Below, piece after piece: positions 1-12,720 of a stretch of DNA of 51,137 nt. The stretch covers positions 1 through 51,137 of the forward strand of contig JBBQTX010000001.1 of NCBI GenBank assembly GCA_038234475.1, given 5' to 3'. This DNA comes from Caulobacterales bacterium (GTDB lineage Bacteria; Pseudomonadota; Alphaproteobacteria; Caulobacterales; Caulobacteraceae). Position 1 is the stretch's first letter. The number at the start of each line of letters is the position of its first letter. The translations under genes were made by a program, and so were the position numbers. The notes under the pieces are model-generated. The model saw nothing but the letters and a program-made list of their open reading frames with translations, did not search any database and was not told the origin of the DNA.

Positions 1-1197
1 GCGGACCTCCGATGCTTGGGTGCCGCTGAACCATGACTTCCGGGCGCTGGACGACGGGAATTTCATCTGGTCCTCGGAGGAGACCGGCTGGAAACACCTC
101 TATCTCTACAATCGCGATGGTCGCCGTATCCGCGCCATAACCCGCGGCGACTGGCCGGTGAAGGGCCTGAGCGGCGTCAACCAGCAAACCGGCGAGGTCT
201 TTTTCACCGCCTCGATGCGCGACGGGCGCGAACTGCCGATTGTACAGCAGATGTTCCGCGCCAGCCTGCGCCGGACCGTGACGCCGGTGGCGGTGACGCC
301 GGGCGGCGGCTGGTGGGGCGCGTCTATGAACCGGACCGGCACGGCCTATGTCGGCAACTATACCGATCTGAACACGCCGGCGCGGTCGGGCCTTTACCGG
401 GCCGACGGGACCTTCGTGCGCTGGATCGAGGAGAACCGGCTGGACGCCGACCATCCGATGTATCCCTATGTTTCGCGTCGCCAGACGCCGACCTTCGGCA
501 CGCTGGAGAGCGATGGCGAGACCCTGGTCTGGCAGATGACGACCCCGCCGGGCTTCGATCCGTCGAAAACCTACCCGGTGGTCATGCAGGTCTATGGCGG
601 ACCCGGGGTGGGCGGTGGGGTCCGCAGGAGCTGGCAACCGGCGACCAGCCAACTGTTGACCGAGGCTGGATACATCGTGTTCCGGCTGGACAACCGGGGA
701 GAAGGTGACCGCTCGGCGGCGTTCAAACAGGCGCTGTACCTGAAGATGGGTCAGCCCGAGATCACCGACCAGGTGCTGGCGGCGGACTATCTGAGAACGC
801 TGCCCTTTGTAGACGACGATCGCATCGCGGCCATGGGCTGGAGCTACGGCGGCTTCATGACCCTGCACATGCTGACCGAGCCGGAGATGGGTCTGGCCTC
901 GGCCATTTCCGGGGCCCCGGTCACCGACTGGAGGCTGTATGATACCCACTATACAGAGCGGTATATGTCGACGCCTGAGGCCAATGCCGAGGGCTATGCC
1001 GCGTCGGACGTCGTCGATAAGCTGGACAAACTGACCGGCCGCCTGCTGCTCCTGCACGGCATGGCCGACGACAATGTGATCTTCGAGAACGCCACCCGCG
1101 TCATCGACGCCCTGCAGAGTCGCAGCGTCCCGTTCGAGATGATGCTCTATCCCGGCCAGCGCCACGGGGTGCGTGGCAATGAAAGGCAGCTGCAGCA

Positions 1198-2808
<1,611 letters not shown>

Positions 2809-2814
2809 GCCTCT

Positions 2815-2839
2815 GCAACCCGGCGACCTTGCGACCGTT
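2815..2839 (+). promoter_or_regulatory. Putative EcfG/SigT (general stress response) promoter GCAAC-N16-CGTT
   Basis: GCAAC 2815-2819 and CGTT 2836-2839, one mismatch to the GGAAC-N16/17-CGTT consensus, 8 nt before ATG 2848. Confidence 0.55.
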
Positions 2840-2847
2840 GAGCGGCG

Positions 2848-3342
2848 ATGGAATACCTGTTCGTCAGATTCGCCACAGCCGCCGCCAAGATCGCCGGCAA
2901 GCCGTGGACCTTTATCGGCTGTCTGGCGATCGTGGCCATCTGGGCCGCGACAGGTCCGATCTTCGACTTCAGCCAGACCTGGCAGCTGGTCATCAACACC
3001 GGCACGACCATCGTCACCTTCCTGATGGTGTTCCTGATCCAGAACACCCAGAACCGCGACGGCGCGGCCATGCAGGCGAAGCTGGATGAGCTTCTGCATG
3101 CCGTGAACTCAGCCGACGAGCGCTTTATCGGCATCGAACACCTGACCGAGAAGGACCTCGACACGATTTTGGCCAAGGTCGAGGCAAGGGCCCAGCGCGT
3201 GCACGGGGGTGACCAGATGCCGGTGGTGGCGACGCGAGCCGAGGACAGGCGTGCGCTGGACAAGGGTGCGAGACAGCCTGAACGGAAGCGGTCCGATCCG
3301 AGGCCACCGGGCAAGCCGCGCAAGGCCGGGACCGACGCATGA
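2848..3342 (+). CDS. Low-affinity iron permease family (Fet4-like) small membrane protein
   Basis: WQLVINTGTTIVTFLMVFLIQNTQNRD...KLDEL family signature. Confidence 0.85.
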   Translation: MEYLFVRFATAAAKIAGKPWTFIGCLAIVAIWAATGPIFDFSQTWQLVINTGTTIVTFLMVFLIQNTQNRDGAAMQAKLDELLHAVNSADERFIGIEHLTEKDLDTILAKVEARAQRVHGGDQMPVVATRAEDRRALDKGARQPERKRSDPRPPGKPRKAGTDA

Positions 3343-3608
3343 GCGACATGATTGCCAATGTCGTCGGCACGGCGGCGGCGCTGTGCTCCATCGCCAGTTT
3401 CGTCCCGCAGATCATCAAGATCTGGAAGGATCGGGACGCCTCGTCCGTGTCGCTGAAGACCTATGCGCTGACCGTGACCTGTTTCGTGTTGTGGACCGCC
3501 TACGGCGTCCTGACCGGGGCTTGGCCGCTCATCGTTTCCAATGCAATGGCCCTTGTGATGGCGGCCGGGGTGCTGGCGATGAAGTGGCGTTTCCGCGACG
3601 GCGACTGA
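3339..3608 (+). CDS. SemiSWEET / PQ-loop transporter
   Basis: 89 aa, three hydrophobic helices, SFVPQIIK PQ motif, LWTAYG and WPLIVSN; ATGA overlap with upstream gene. Confidence 0.88.
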   Translation: MSDMIANVVGTAAALCSIASFVPQIIKIWKDRDASSVSLKTYALTVTCFVLWTAYGVLTGAWPLIVSNAMALVMAAGVLAMKWRFRDGD

Positions 3609-3695
3609 CGGCGCGACAACCTGTGGGCGACAGCGCTAGACAGGCGGACGAAAGCCTGTGACCGCTACAGGCGAACGAGGCGGGGGGCCGAACCG

Positions 3696-5012
3696 ATGAT
3701 ACTGAACCGACGGAGCGCGCTGGCCGGTGCGGGCGGCCTGATAACGGCGCTGGCGACGGGCGAGGCCTGGGCCGCCGATGGGCCACGGATCCGCAAGGCC
3801 GCCTCCAGCCTGACCTCGACCAGCGATGACGTGGTGGCCTTCGCCGACGCGGTGAGGATCATGAAGCGCCGGACCGGTGCCCTGTCCTGGGACTCGCAGA
3901 ACCGGCTGCATGCGGAACGGGCCGAGCACGGCAACTGGCGCTTCCTGCCGTGGCATCGGCTGCAACTGGCGCATATGGAGCGGATCATCAGCCAGGTGTC
4001 GGGCCATCTGAGCTTCGCCATGCCCTATTGGGACTGGCAGTCCGACCGCTTCCTGCCGCCGTGGATCGTCGATACCTCCTCGCCCCTGTACGAGGCGCAG
4101 CGCGACCCGGCCGCCGCGACGCTGGACTTCAACAAGGCGCGCTTCGCCGAGAGCCGCAACGTCGCCCGTATTTCCAGCGACCGCTTCAGCAGCTTCTGTG
4201 GACGTCCTAACGCCGCCGGTCGGGTCGAGAGCTACGGCCACAACCTCATCCACATGCTGGTCGGCGGGGCGGAGTTCGGCGGTTATATGTCGAGCACGGC
4301 GACGGCGGCGCTGGACCCGATCTTCTGGTTGCACCACTGCAACGTCGACCGGGTCTGGGCGACCTGGCACGCCAAGAACGGCGACAACGCCTATTCGCAG
4401 CCGTGGAAGGACACCTCCATGTCCGGCTTCACCGGTGCCGACGGCCGGCCGACCGGTCGCTGGACGGCGTCGCGCATCACCACGACCAGGCAACTCGGCT
4501 ACAGCTATGACAGCCTGTATCCGTCCCTCGTCTTCGCGGTCGGGCCGGGCATGCGCCCGGAGGTGGTCAAGGCGACGAGCGAGTTCCAGGCGCTGACGAC
4601 CACGCCGCGCGACGACGGCTCGATCCGGCTCGAACTGCCGCCCGGCATGGCCGCCACGCTGAGGAATGCGCGCGGCCGGGTGACGATCGAGGGCGAGGGG
4701 GTGGTGGCCTACGAGCGGTCGCAGAACCTGACCGGGCGAGGGCTGCAGACCGGACTGTACGCCGGCAAGGGCCGGGTCGAGATGGGGGTGTCGCCGACCT
4801 TCGTGCATTTCGGCGGCGAGCATGCGGCTCACGCGGACTACGCCCATGTCTTCACCCTCGACAATTCGCTGGTGCAGTTGGCGCAGGCGACGCAGGGTCC
4901 GGTCGAGATCGTGACCACCGCGCTCGACCTGCGGCCCGCAGAGGGCCGGCCGCCGGCGCGCCCGGTGTCACTGGAAGCCGCACTGACGCTGACCGAATAC
5001 GAACCGGCCTGA
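3696..5012 (+). CDS. Tyrosinase (type-3 dicopper), Tat-exported
   Basis: RRSAL twin-arginine leader; CuA His in LHAERAEHGNWRFLPWHR; CuB HNLIH and DPIFWLHHCNVDR. Confidence 0.88.
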   Translation: MILNRRSALAGAGGLITALATGEAWAADGPRIRKAASSLTSTSDDVVAFADAVRIMKRRTGALSWDSQNRLHAERAEHGNWRFLPWHRLQLAHMERIISQVSGHLSFAMPYWDWQSDRFLPPWIVDTSSPLYEAQRDPAAATLDFNKARFAESRNVARISSDRFSSFCGRPNAAGRVESYGHNLIHMLVGGAEFGGYMSSTATAALDPIFWLHHCNVDRVWATWHAKNGDNAYSQPWKDTSMSGFTGADGRPTGRWTASRITTTRQLGYSYDSLYPSLVFAVGPGMRPEVVKATSEFQALTTTPRDDGSIRLELPPGMAATLRNARGRVTIEGEGVVAYERSQNLTGRGLQTGLYAGKGRVEMGVSPTFVHFGGEHAAHADYAHVFTLDNSLVQLAQATQGPVEIVTTALDLRPAEGRPPARPVSLEAALTLTEYEPA

Positions 5013-5013
5013 G

Positions 5014-6867
5014 TTAGCCGTCGTTCGACTGCAGGGCTGCCTTGACGAGGGCAATGATGCGGTCGGCCGCTTCATCGGGCGTGCAGGCCGTGGTGTCTAT
5101 TCGAAGTTCGGGCTTGTCCGGCGCTTCATATGCGCTGTCGATGCCGGTGAAATTGGCCAGCTGGCCGGCGCGCGCCTTGGCATAGAGGCCCTTGACGTCG
5201 CGGGCCTCGACTACGGCCAAGGGGGTATCCACGAAGATCTCGAGAAACTCACCCGGAGCCATCAGGTCACGCGCGGCCTGCCGCTCGGCCCGGAACGGCG
5301 AGATGAAGGAGACCAGGACGATCAGGCCGGCGTCGGCCATCAACCGTGTCACCTCGGCGACGCGCCGGATATTCTCGACTCGGTCGGCGTCAGTGAAGCC
5401 GAGGTCCCGGTTCAGGCCATGCCGCAGATTGTCGCCGTCGAGCAGGGCAGAGTGCATTCCTTCGGCCAGAAGCCGCTGTTCGACCCGGTCGGCGATGGTG
5501 GACTTGCCTGCACCGGACAGACCGGTGAACCAAAGCACCAGCGGCGTCTGGTGCTTGAGGGCGGCGCGATCTTCGCGGCTGACGCTGAGCGCCTGAGGCC
5601 GGACATTGGCCGAGCGGCGCAGGGCGAAACGGATCATGCCCGCGCCCGCAGTCTCATGCGTCGTCCGATCGATCAGGATAAAGCCGCCGAGGTCGCGGCT
5701 GGCCGCATAGGGTTCGAACGGCAGGGGCGCGTCGAGCGACAGGGTGCAAAGGCCGATGTCGTTGAGCTCGAGCGTTCGGGCGGCCAGTTCCTCGCCGGTG
5801 TCGACGTTGACCTTGTGCCGGATGTCGCTGACCCGGGCCTTGACGGTGGCCGAGCCGAGTTTGAGGCCGTAGGCGCGGCCCGGCAACAGGGGTCGGTCCG
5901 ACATCCATACGACATGGGCCGCGAACTGATCGGCGACCTCGGGCGGGGTGTCGGCGGCGGCGATCAGGTCGCCCCGCGCGACGTCGAGGTCGGGGGTAAG
6001 GGTCAGGGTGACGGACTGGCCCGCGCGGGCCTCCGTCAGATCGCCGTCTGCGGTGACGATCCGCGCGACCGTCCCGACCGCCCCTGCGGGCAGGATGCGC
6101 ACGGCGTCGCCGGGCCGGATCACGCCAGCCACGATCCGGCCGGCGAAGCCTCGGAAGTCGGCATGCGGGCGGCTGACCGCCTGAACAGCCATGCGGAACC
6201 CGGTCTCCGAAGGATCGCCCGCCGGGACCCGCTCCAGCCAGTCCATCAGGGTCGATCCGGCGAACCAGGGCATGTGTGGGCCGCGGGTCGCCACCGTGTC
6301 GCCCAGCCGGGCGCTGAGCGGGACGGCGGTCACATCCGTCAGGCCGATCGTGGCGGCGAAGGCGCGGTAATCCTCGACGATGGACTCGAACCGGTCCCGG
6401 TCCCAGTCGACGAGGTCCATCTTGTTGACCGCCAGCACCAGCCGTCGGACCCCCAGCAGGGCCAGCAGGCGGCTGTGCCGCCGGGTCTGAACCAGCAGGC
6501 CCTTGCGCGCATCGACCAGGACGACGGCCACATCGGCGGTCGAGGCGGCGGTGACCATGTTGCGGGTGTATTGTTCATGGCCGGGCGTGTCGGCCAGGAC
6601 GAAGCGACGCGCCCCGATGTCAAAAAACCGGTAGGCCACATCTATGGTGATGCCTTGCTCCCGTTCGGCCGCGAGGCCATCGACGAGGAAAGACAGGTCC
6701 GGGGCACCATCGATCAGAGGCAAGGCCGCCAACTGATCCGTCGGCACCGCGCCGGCGTCGTGCAACAGGCGGCCGATCAGCGTCGACTTGCCGTCGTCGA
6801 CGGAGCCGCAGGTGATCAGGCGGACGATCTCTCGGGGACCGGTGTCGATCGCATCGGGGCGCGTCAT
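5014..6867 (-). CDS. cysNC: Bifunctional sulfate adenylyltransferase subunit 1 / adenylylsulfate kinase (CysN-CysC, NodQ-like)
   Basis: [26 protein letters not shown] and NKMD GTPase motifs; C-terminal GLSGAGKST and [13 protein letters not shown] kinase; ATG at 6867 overlaps the cysD stop. Confidence 0.93.
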   Translation of the reverse strand: MTRPDAIDTGPREIVRLITCGSVDDGKSTLIGRLLHDAGAVPTDQLAALPLIDGAPDLSFLVDGLAAEREQGITIDVAYRFFDIGARRFVLADTPGHEQYTRNMVTAASTADVAVVLVDARKGLLVQTRRHSRLLALLGVRRLVLAVNKMDLVDWDRDRFESIVEDYRAFAATIGLTDVTAVPLSARLGDTVATRGPHMPWFAGSTLMDWLERVPAGDPSETGFRMAVQAVSRPHADFRGFAGRIVAGVIRPGDAVRILPAGAVGTVARIVTADGDLTEARAGQSVTLTLTPDLDVARGDLIAAADTPPEVADQFAAHVVWMSDRPLLPGRAYGLKLGSATVKARVSDIRHKVNVDTGEELAARTLELNDIGLCTLSLDAPLPFEPYAASRDLGGFILIDRTTHETAGAGMIRFALRRSANVRPQALSVSREDRAALKHQTPLVLWFTGLSGAGKSTIADRVEQRLLAEGMHSALLDGDNLRHGLNRDLGFTDADRVENIRRVAEVTRLMADAGLIVLVSFISPFRAERQAARDLMAPGEFLEIFVDTPLAVVEARDVKGLYAKARAGQLANFTGIDSAYEAPDKPELRIDTTACTPDEAADRIIALVKAALQSNDG

Positions 6868-7772
6868 CAGAAATATCCCTCGCGCTTCTTCTGCTCCATC
6901 GAGGCGGACGGATCGTGGTCGATGGCGCGGCCCTGACGCTCGGACATCGACGCCTCCCGCACCTCGCGCACGATGGCGTCCAGGGTGTCGGCTTCGCTGT
7001 CGACGGCGGCGGTGAGGGGATAGCAACCCAGGGTGCGGAACCGGACCCGGCGCATCCGGGGTGTCTCGCCGGCCGCGAGCGGCATGCGGTCGTCGTCCAC
7101 CACGATCAGGGCACCGTCGCGGATCACGACCGGCCGCTCGGCGGCGAAATACAGAGACGGCAGGGCGATGGCTTCGCGCTGGATGTAGCGCCAGACGTCG
7201 AGCTCGGTCCAGTTGGACAGGGGAAAAGCCCGCAGCGTCTCGCCGGGCCCGAGCCGCATATTGTACAGGCTCCAGAGCTCCGGCCGCTGACGCCGGGGAT
7301 CCCAGCCGTGCCCGGGCGAGCGGACCGAGACGATCCGCTCCTTGGCGCGGCTCTTCTCCTCGTCGCGCCGGGCACCGCCGAAGGCCGCGTCGAAACGGTG
7401 CAGGTCCAGAGCCTGTTTCAGACCTTCGGTCTTCCAGCGATCCGTATGGACCCGCGCGCCGTGGTCGAAGGGATTGATCGCCTCCGCCATCGCCTCGGGG
7501 TTGCGGTGAACCAGAAGGCGCAGGCCGGCTATAGCGGCCGCGCTGTCCCGGTAGGCGTACATCTCCCGGAATTTCCACATCGTATCGATGTGGAGCAACG
7601 GGAAGGGCGGAGCTGCCGGGAAAAAGGCCTTGCGCGCCAGATGCAACATGGCAGCCGAATCCTTGCCGGCCGAATACAGCATGACCGGCCGCTCGCACTC
7701 CGCCGTGACGTCGCGCAGGATATGGATGGCCTCGGCCTCGAGCCGGCCGAGTACGTCGTCGCAAAGCCGCAT
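6867..7772 (-). CDS. cysD: Sulfate adenylyltransferase subunit 2
   Basis: [43 protein letters not shown] and KKREGYF end; ATG 7772 preferred (ORF open to 7820). Confidence 0.95.
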   Translation of the reverse strand: MRLCDDVLGRLEAEAIHILRDVTAECERPVMLYSAGKDSAAMLHLARKAFFPAAPPFPLLHIDTMWKFREMYAYRDSAAAIAGLRLLVHRNPEAMAEAINPFDHGARVHTDRWKTEGLKQALDLHRFDAAFGGARRDEEKSRAKERIVSVRSPGHGWDPRRQRPELWSLYNMRLGPGETLRAFPLSNWTELDVWRYIQREAIALPSLYFAAERPVVIRDGALIVVDDDRMPLAAGETPRMRRVRFRTLGCYPLTAAVDSEADTLDAIVREVREASMSERQGRAIDHDPSASMEQKKREGYF

Positions 7773-7826
7773 GGTTTCACCAGTGACCCGGGAATCATCC
7801 GGTGCCAAGTCTCGCGGCACGTCAGG

Positions 7827-8216
7827 TCACCTGACAACGGCTGTCGTTTCGATCTCGACCAGGGCGGCGTCCTCGATCAGCCCCTTGACCTCAACCACGG
7901 CCATGGCGGGGTAGTTGGGGCCGATCAGGTCACGCCAGAAGCCACCGATCTCCCGCAGGGCGGCGAGGTAGTCGCGCTTATCGACCACATACCAGGTCAT
8001 CCGGACAATATGCTCAGGGCCTGCGCCGCCCTCGGCCAGGACCGCCAGCGTATTGTCCAGCGTCTGCCGGACCTGTGCGGCGAACCCGTCGGGAAAGGCA
8101 CCCGACGTATCCCAGCCGATCTGGCCGGCGACAAAGACCATCCGGCCCTCGGCGGCGATGCCATTGGCGTAGCCCTTGGGCCGCGGCCAGCCTTCGGGCA
8201 GCAGGACCCGGTTCAT
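7827..8216 (-). CDS. RidA/YjgF/UK114 family protein
   Basis: PKGYANGI, FVAGQIG, YPAM and VEIETTA; ATG 8216 overlaps the thioesterase stop. Confidence 0.9.
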   Translation of the reverse strand: MNRVLLPEGWPRPKGYANGIAAEGRMVFVAGQIGWDTSGAFPDGFAAQVRQTLDNTLAVLAEGGAGPEHIVRMTWYVVDKRDYLAALREIGGFWRDLIGPNYPAMAVVEVKGLIEDAALVEIETTAVVR

Positions 8217-8635
8217 GCGGTGGTCTCGAGGAAAGGTACGATGTGAACCCGAAGGGCGTCCGGCCAGGGTTCTGGCTTCAGCGACGCGCCGACGTAGACA
8301 ATGGTCTGGGCCGCCTCGAACCGGAGCTGGTGACCGGCGCTGATGCGGTGGCGCAGGCCGCAGGAGGCTCCGCCCAGTTTGGTCACGGTCAGGGCGAAGG
8401 TCAGCTCGTCCTCCAGCCGCGACGGAGCGATGAAGCGAGCCTCGACGGCGACGGTCGGGACGCTGACGTGGCGGTTGAGGTGAAGCTCGCGGAACGAGGC
8501 CTGCAACGGGCCTGCGAACCAGTCCTCGACCACCCCGTTCAGCATCTCGAAATAGCGGGGGAAGAAGACGATGGCCGCCGCGTCGCAATCGGCGAAGCGG
8601 ACCCGGCGGCCGACTGTGAAAACCTGGCCGGTCAT
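8213..8635 (-). CDS. Hotdog-fold acyl-CoA thioesterase (4-hydroxybenzoyl-CoA thioesterase family)
   Basis: VRFADCDAAAIVFFPRY motif; 140 aa. Confidence 0.88.
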   Translation of the reverse strand: MTGQVFTVGRRVRFADCDAAAIVFFPRYFEMLNGVVEDWFAGPLQASFRELHLNRHVSVPTVAVEARFIAPSRLEDELTFALTVTKLGGASCGLRHRISAGHQLRFEAAQTIVYVGASLKPEPWPDALRVHIVPFLETTA

Positions 8636-10236
8636 GTCCGCTCCTTGAGCCGGAAGCGCTGGAGTTTTCCGGTCTGGGTCCTGGGCAGCGCATCCACGAA
8701 TTCGAGGGCGCGGGGGTATTTGTAAGGGGCGATGACGCCCTTCACATGGACCTGCAGCGCGGTTCTCAGCCCGTCCGACGGCGAATGCTCCGGGTTCAGA
8801 ACCACGAAGGCCTTTACGATCTGACCACGCTCAGGGTCTGCAGCCCCGATCACCGCCGCCTCGGCGACCGCCGGATGGCGCAGCAGAGCGTGCTCCACCT
8901 CGGGCGCGCCGATGTTGTAGCCGGACGAGACGATCATGTCGTCGGACCGGGCCACGAACCAGAAATAGCCGTCCTCATCCAGCCGGTAGACGTCGCCGGT
9001 CAGGTTCCAGCCGTCATGGACATAGGCCGCCTGACGGTCGTCATCGAGGTAGCGGCAGCCGGTTGGGCCGCGCACGGCGAGCCGTCCGGTCTCGCCCGCC
9101 GCGAGGGGTTGCCCGGCCTCGTCGATGATGCGGGCCTGATAGCCGGGGACGGCCTTGCCCGTGGAGCCGGGGCGGATGTCGTTGCCGCGCGCGGAGATGA
9201 AGACGTGGATCATCTCGGTCGAGCCGATGCCGTCGATGATGCGGACGCCGGTCGCTGTGTGCCAAGCCTCCGAGGTGGCTGCGGGCAGGGCCTCGCCGGC
9301 CGAAACGCAGGTGCGCAGGCTCGACAGGTCATGCTGGCCGGTCAGCTTCAGCAGGGCGCGGTAGCCGTTCGGGGCGGTGACCAGCGCCGTTGCGTGATGG
9401 CGCGCGACGGTCTCGGCCAGCGCCTCGAAGCCCGGACGGTCCGGGAAGGCGGTGGCCGCTCCCGCGGCGGCCGGGAAGACCACCAGCCCTCCGAGGCCGA
9501 AGGTGAAGGCGATCGGCGGGGTGCCGACGACGATGTCGTCCCTGGTCAGGGCGACGATGTGGCGACCGAACGTATCCGCCATGGCGAGGATGTCGCGATG
9601 GGAGTGGACGCACCCCTTGGGCGCGCCCGTGGTGCCGGAGGTGAAGGCAATCAGGGCCGGATCGTCCGCGGCGGTGTCGACGGCGTCGAAGCGGACGCCG
9701 GCGGGCAGGGCCTGCGCGGCCTTCCGCAACGACGCCGAGTCCAAGACGCGGGTCAATACCGGTGCCGAGGCCTTCGCCTCGGCGACCGTCTCCGTCAGTG
9801 TCTCATAGACCAGGGCGTGGGTGATCCAGGCCTTGTCGATGACCGTGGCCAGTTCAGCGGCGCGGAGCATGGGCATGGTGGCGACGACCACGCCGCCGGC
9901 TTTCAGGATCGCGAACCAGGCCATGACGGTCCAGGACGCGTTGGGACCATGCAGCAACACGCGATTGCCGGGGATCAGGCCCATGTCCTCGACCAGAACC
10001 CGCGCCATCCGGCTCGAGATGGCATCGACCCGGCTCCATGAGAATTCGTGCTCGAAGTCGATGAGGGCCCGGGCGTCCGGACCGCCTGCGGCGACGGCGC
10101 GGCGCAGCAGTTCCGCCGCCGCGTTGAGCCGGCCGGGATACACCAGCTCCGGCTGGTCGAAGATCAGATCCGGCCATTGCCCGGCGGGAGGAAGATGGTC
10201 GAGGACGAACCGGTCGAGGTGAGCGCTGGTCCCCAT
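8632..10236 (-). CDS. abmG: 2-aminobenzoate/benzoate-CoA ligase family AMP-binding enzyme
   Basis: FTSGTTGAPKG, DGIGSTE, TGD, YKYPR and TGKLQRF motifs; N-terminal SAHLDRFVLDHLPP typical of this subfamily; operon context. Confidence 0.8.
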   Translation of the reverse strand: MGTSAHLDRFVLDHLPPAGQWPDLIFDQPELVYPGRLNAAAELLRRAVAAGGPDARALIDFEHEFSWSRVDAISSRMARVLVEDMGLIPGNRVLLHGPNASWTVMAWFAILKAGGVVVATMPMLRAAELATVIDKAWITHALVYETLTETVAEAKASAPVLTRVLDSASLRKAAQALPAGVRFDAVDTAADDPALIAFTSGTTGAPKGCVHSHRDILAMADTFGRHIVALTRDDIVVGTPPIAFTFGLGGLVVFPAAAGAATAFPDRPGFEALAETVARHHATALVTAPNGYRALLKLTGQHDLSSLRTCVSAGEALPAATSEAWHTATGVRIIDGIGSTEMIHVFISARGNDIRPGSTGKAVPGYQARIIDEAGQPLAAGETGRLAVRGPTGCRYLDDDRQAAYVHDGWNLTGDVYRLDEDGYFWFVARSDDMIVSSGYNIGAPEVEHALLRHPAVAEAAVIGAADPERGQIVKAFVVLNPEHSPSDGLRTALQVHVKGVIAPYKYPRALEFVDALPRTQTGKLQRFRLKERT

Positions 10237-11405
10237 CAGGCGCCTCCGCCCAGACCTGACAGAACCTGTCGGGCGATGACGATCTTCTGCACTTCGGACG
10301 CGCCTTCGTAGATGCGCAGGGCGCGGATCTCGCGGTACAGGCGCTCGACCGGATGGCCTGAGACGACGCCGAGCCCGCCGAAAAGCTGGACCGCCGCGTC
10401 GATTACGGACTGGGCTTCGTCGGTGGCATAGAGCTTGGCCATGGCGGCCTCGCGGGTGACGCGCGGTGCCCCCTGATCCTTCAGCCACGCGGCGCGGTAG
10501 ATCAGCAGGGCCGACGCGTCGATCTTCAGCGCCATGTCGGCCAGGGAGGCCTGAACCAGCTGAAGATCGCTCATGGGAGCGCCGAACAGCTTGCGGGCGA
10601 TGGCGCGGGACGCTGCCTCGTCGAAGGCGCGCCTCGAGAAGCCGAGGGCGGCCGCGGCGACGGTGGAACGGAACACGTCCAGCGTGGCCATAGCGATGCG
10701 GAAGCCGTCGCCCGGCGCGCCGAGAATGCGGTCGCCTTCGATGTGGCAGGCGTTGAAGCGGATAGTCGCAAGCGGGTGGGCGGCCATCAGGGGGATGCGT
10801 TCGACGATCTCGAATCCGGGCGTATCGGCGTCGACGACGAAGGCGCTGATGCCCTTGGCACCCGTGCCGTCGCCGGTGCGGGCGAAGACGGTGTAGCGGT
10901 CGGCCAGGCCGCCGTTGGAGATAAAGGTCTTCACGCCGTCGAGCACCCAGCCGTCGCCGTCGCGGCGGCCGGTGGTTGTCAGGGCGGCGACGTCGGAACC
11001 GGCGTCGGGTTCGGACAGGGCGAAGGCGGCGATGGTCTGGCCCGAGGCCACGCCCGGCAGCCAGCGGTACTTCTGGTCGTTCGTGCCGAACAGGCTGATC
11101 GGGCCGGAGCCCAGTCCCTGCATGGCGAAGACGAAATCGGCGAGGCCGGATCGGCGGGCGAGGGTCTCGCGCGTCAGGCACAGGGTGCGGACGTCGAGCT
11201 GGCCGTTGGCATTGGGGATGGCGTTGTTCAGCCAGCCGCCCTCGGCCAGCGCCTTCAGGATGGTCCGGCAGTCACCGTCGAGGTCATGATCGCCGTGGAG
11301 GTGCAGGACGTCGCCGTTCGCCTCGGCCCACGACTCGATATCGGCGGCGAAGGCGCGGTGGCGGTCGTCCAAGAAGGGCCAGTCGAGGAAGGTGCGGTCC
11401 GCCAT
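10236..11405 (-). CDS. Acyl-CoA dehydrogenase
   Basis: [25 protein letters not shown] and LRIYEGASE. Confidence 0.93.
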   Translation of the reverse strand: MADRTFLDWPFLDDRHRAFAADIESWAEANGDVLHLHGDHDLDGDCRTILKALAEGGWLNNAIPNANGQLDVRTLCLTRETLARRSGLADFVFAMQGLGSGPISLFGTNDQKYRWLPGVASGQTIAAFALSEPDAGSDVAALTTTGRRDGDGWVLDGVKTFISNGGLADRYTVFARTGDGTGAKGISAFVVDADTPGFEIVERIPLMAAHPLATIRFNACHIEGDRILGAPGDGFRIAMATLDVFRSTVAAAALGFSRRAFDEAASRAIARKLFGAPMSDLQLVQASLADMALKIDASALLIYRAAWLKDQGAPRVTREAAMAKLYATDEAQSVIDAAVQLFGGLGVVSGHPVERLYREIRALRIYEGASEVQKIVIARQVLSGLGGGA

Positions 11406-11407
11406 GC

Positions 11408-12220
11408 TCAGTTCCCTTCGAACACCGGCTCGCGCTTGGCTGCAAAGGCCTCATAGGCGCGGCGGAAATCCCTGGTCTGCATGCAGATGGCCTGGGCCTG
11501 GGCTTCGGACTCGATGGCGGCGTCCAGGCTCATGTCCCATTCGACGTTGAGCTGGTTCTTGGTGATCCCGTGGGCGAAGGTCGGACCCTTGGCCAGCGCG
11601 CGCGCCAGCTCCAGCGCCGTCTCCATCAACGCCTCGCCCTCCACGACACGATTGTGGAAGCCCCAGCGTTCGCCCTCGTCGGCGTTCATGATGCGGCCGG
11701 TGAACAGCAGTTCCGACGCCCGGCCCTGACCGATCTGGCGGGGCAGGATGGCGCAGGCGCCCATGTCGCAGCCTGCCAGGCCGACGCGGGTGAAGAGAAA
11801 CGCTGTCTTCGTCCGCGGCGTGGCGATGCGCAGGTCCGAGGCCATGGCCATGATCGCGCCAGCGCCGACGCAGACGCCGTCCAGTGCGGCGATGATCGGT
11901 TGGGGACAGGCGCGCATGGCCTTGACCAGATCGCCGGTCATGCGGGTGAAGGCCAGCAGGGCCGGCATTTCCATTTCAGTCAGCGGGCCAATGATCTCGT
12001 GCACGTCGCCGCCGGAGGAGAAATTGCCGCCGGCGCCGCTGATGATCACCACCTTGCAATCGATGGAGTGGATAAGGTCGCGGAACAGGTCGCGCATCTC
12101 GGCATAGGACTCGAACGTCAGCGGGTTCTTCCGCTCGGGCCGGTTGAGGGTCAGGCTGGCGACCCCCTCGTCGTCGATCGACCACAGGAAATGGGCCGCC
12201 TGATAGTCGCGCGCCTTCAT
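11408..12220 (-). CDS. Enoyl-CoA hydratase/isomerase family protein
   Basis: [27 protein letters not shown] crotonase motifs. Confidence 0.92.
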   Translation of the reverse strand: MKARDYQAAHFLWSIDDEGVASLTLNRPERKNPLTFESYAEMRDLFRDLIHSIDCKVVIISGAGGNFSSGGDVHEIIGPLTEMEMPALLAFTRMTGDLVKAMRACPQPIIAALDGVCVGAGAIMAMASDLRIATPRTKTAFLFTRVGLAGCDMGACAILPRQIGQGRASELLFTGRIMNADEGERWGFHNRVVEGEALMETALELARALAKGPTFAHGITKNQLNVEWDMSLDAAIESEAQAQAICMQTRDFRRAYEAFAAKREPVFEGN

Positions 12221-12720
12221 TCGTTCAGCTCCTCGTGTGTAGTCGCATGGAGCGACCGCTTGGTGCGCTCCAGCAGGCGGGTCAGGGCGTCAGCCTCGGC
12301 CGCAGTCAGATCGGCGAACAGGGCCTCGATCCAGCGTTCGTGAGCCAGAGCCATGAGGGCGAAACGGGTCTGGCCGACCGGGGTCAGGCGCACGCGCTGC
12401 ACCCGCCGGTCGGCACCAGCCATCGCTTCGATCAGGCCGTCGGCCTTGAGCCGGGCGGCGAGGCCCGTGACGTTGCCGTTGGATACCATCAGCATTCCGG
12501 CAGCCTCGCCCTTGGTCAGGCCGGCCTCGCCCGCGCGGTCCAGCGCCGCCAGCATGTCGAACCGGGGAAGGGTGGAGCCGAACTCGTCGCGCAGCCGTTG
12601 GGACACGGTCTGTTCGATGCGGGTGGAGCAGGTCAGCAGTCTCAGCCACAGGCGCAGCGAGCGCTTGCCGTCGGGCGCGCCGCCCAACCGGTCTGGCAGT
12701 GTCGTCAGGGCGGGATTCAC
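12217..12720 (-). CDS. MarR family transcriptional regulator
   Basis: [23 protein letters not shown] and DRR wing motif; GTG start at 12720 overlaps the SDR stop. Confidence 0.88.
   Translation of the reverse strand: MNPALTTLPDRLGGAPDGKRSLRLWLRLLTCSTRIEQTVSQRLRDEFGSTLPRFDMLAALDRAGEAGLTKGEAAGMLMVSNGNVTGLAARLKADGLIEAMAGADRRVQRVRLTPVGQTRFALMALAHERWIEALFADLTAAEADALTRLLERTKRSLHATTHEELNE

Noticed and set aside
3605-3660. Hammerhead-ribozyme-like GGACGAAA
   Set aside because: The CUGANGA core and required stems are absent
6868-7764. Apparent long N-terminal extensions of cysNC (and of the CoA ligase, RidA, PDE, ccmF, ccmH) in the ORF track
   Set aside because: They overlap real upstream or opposite-strand genes; internal starts coupled to upstream stops or RBSs fit better
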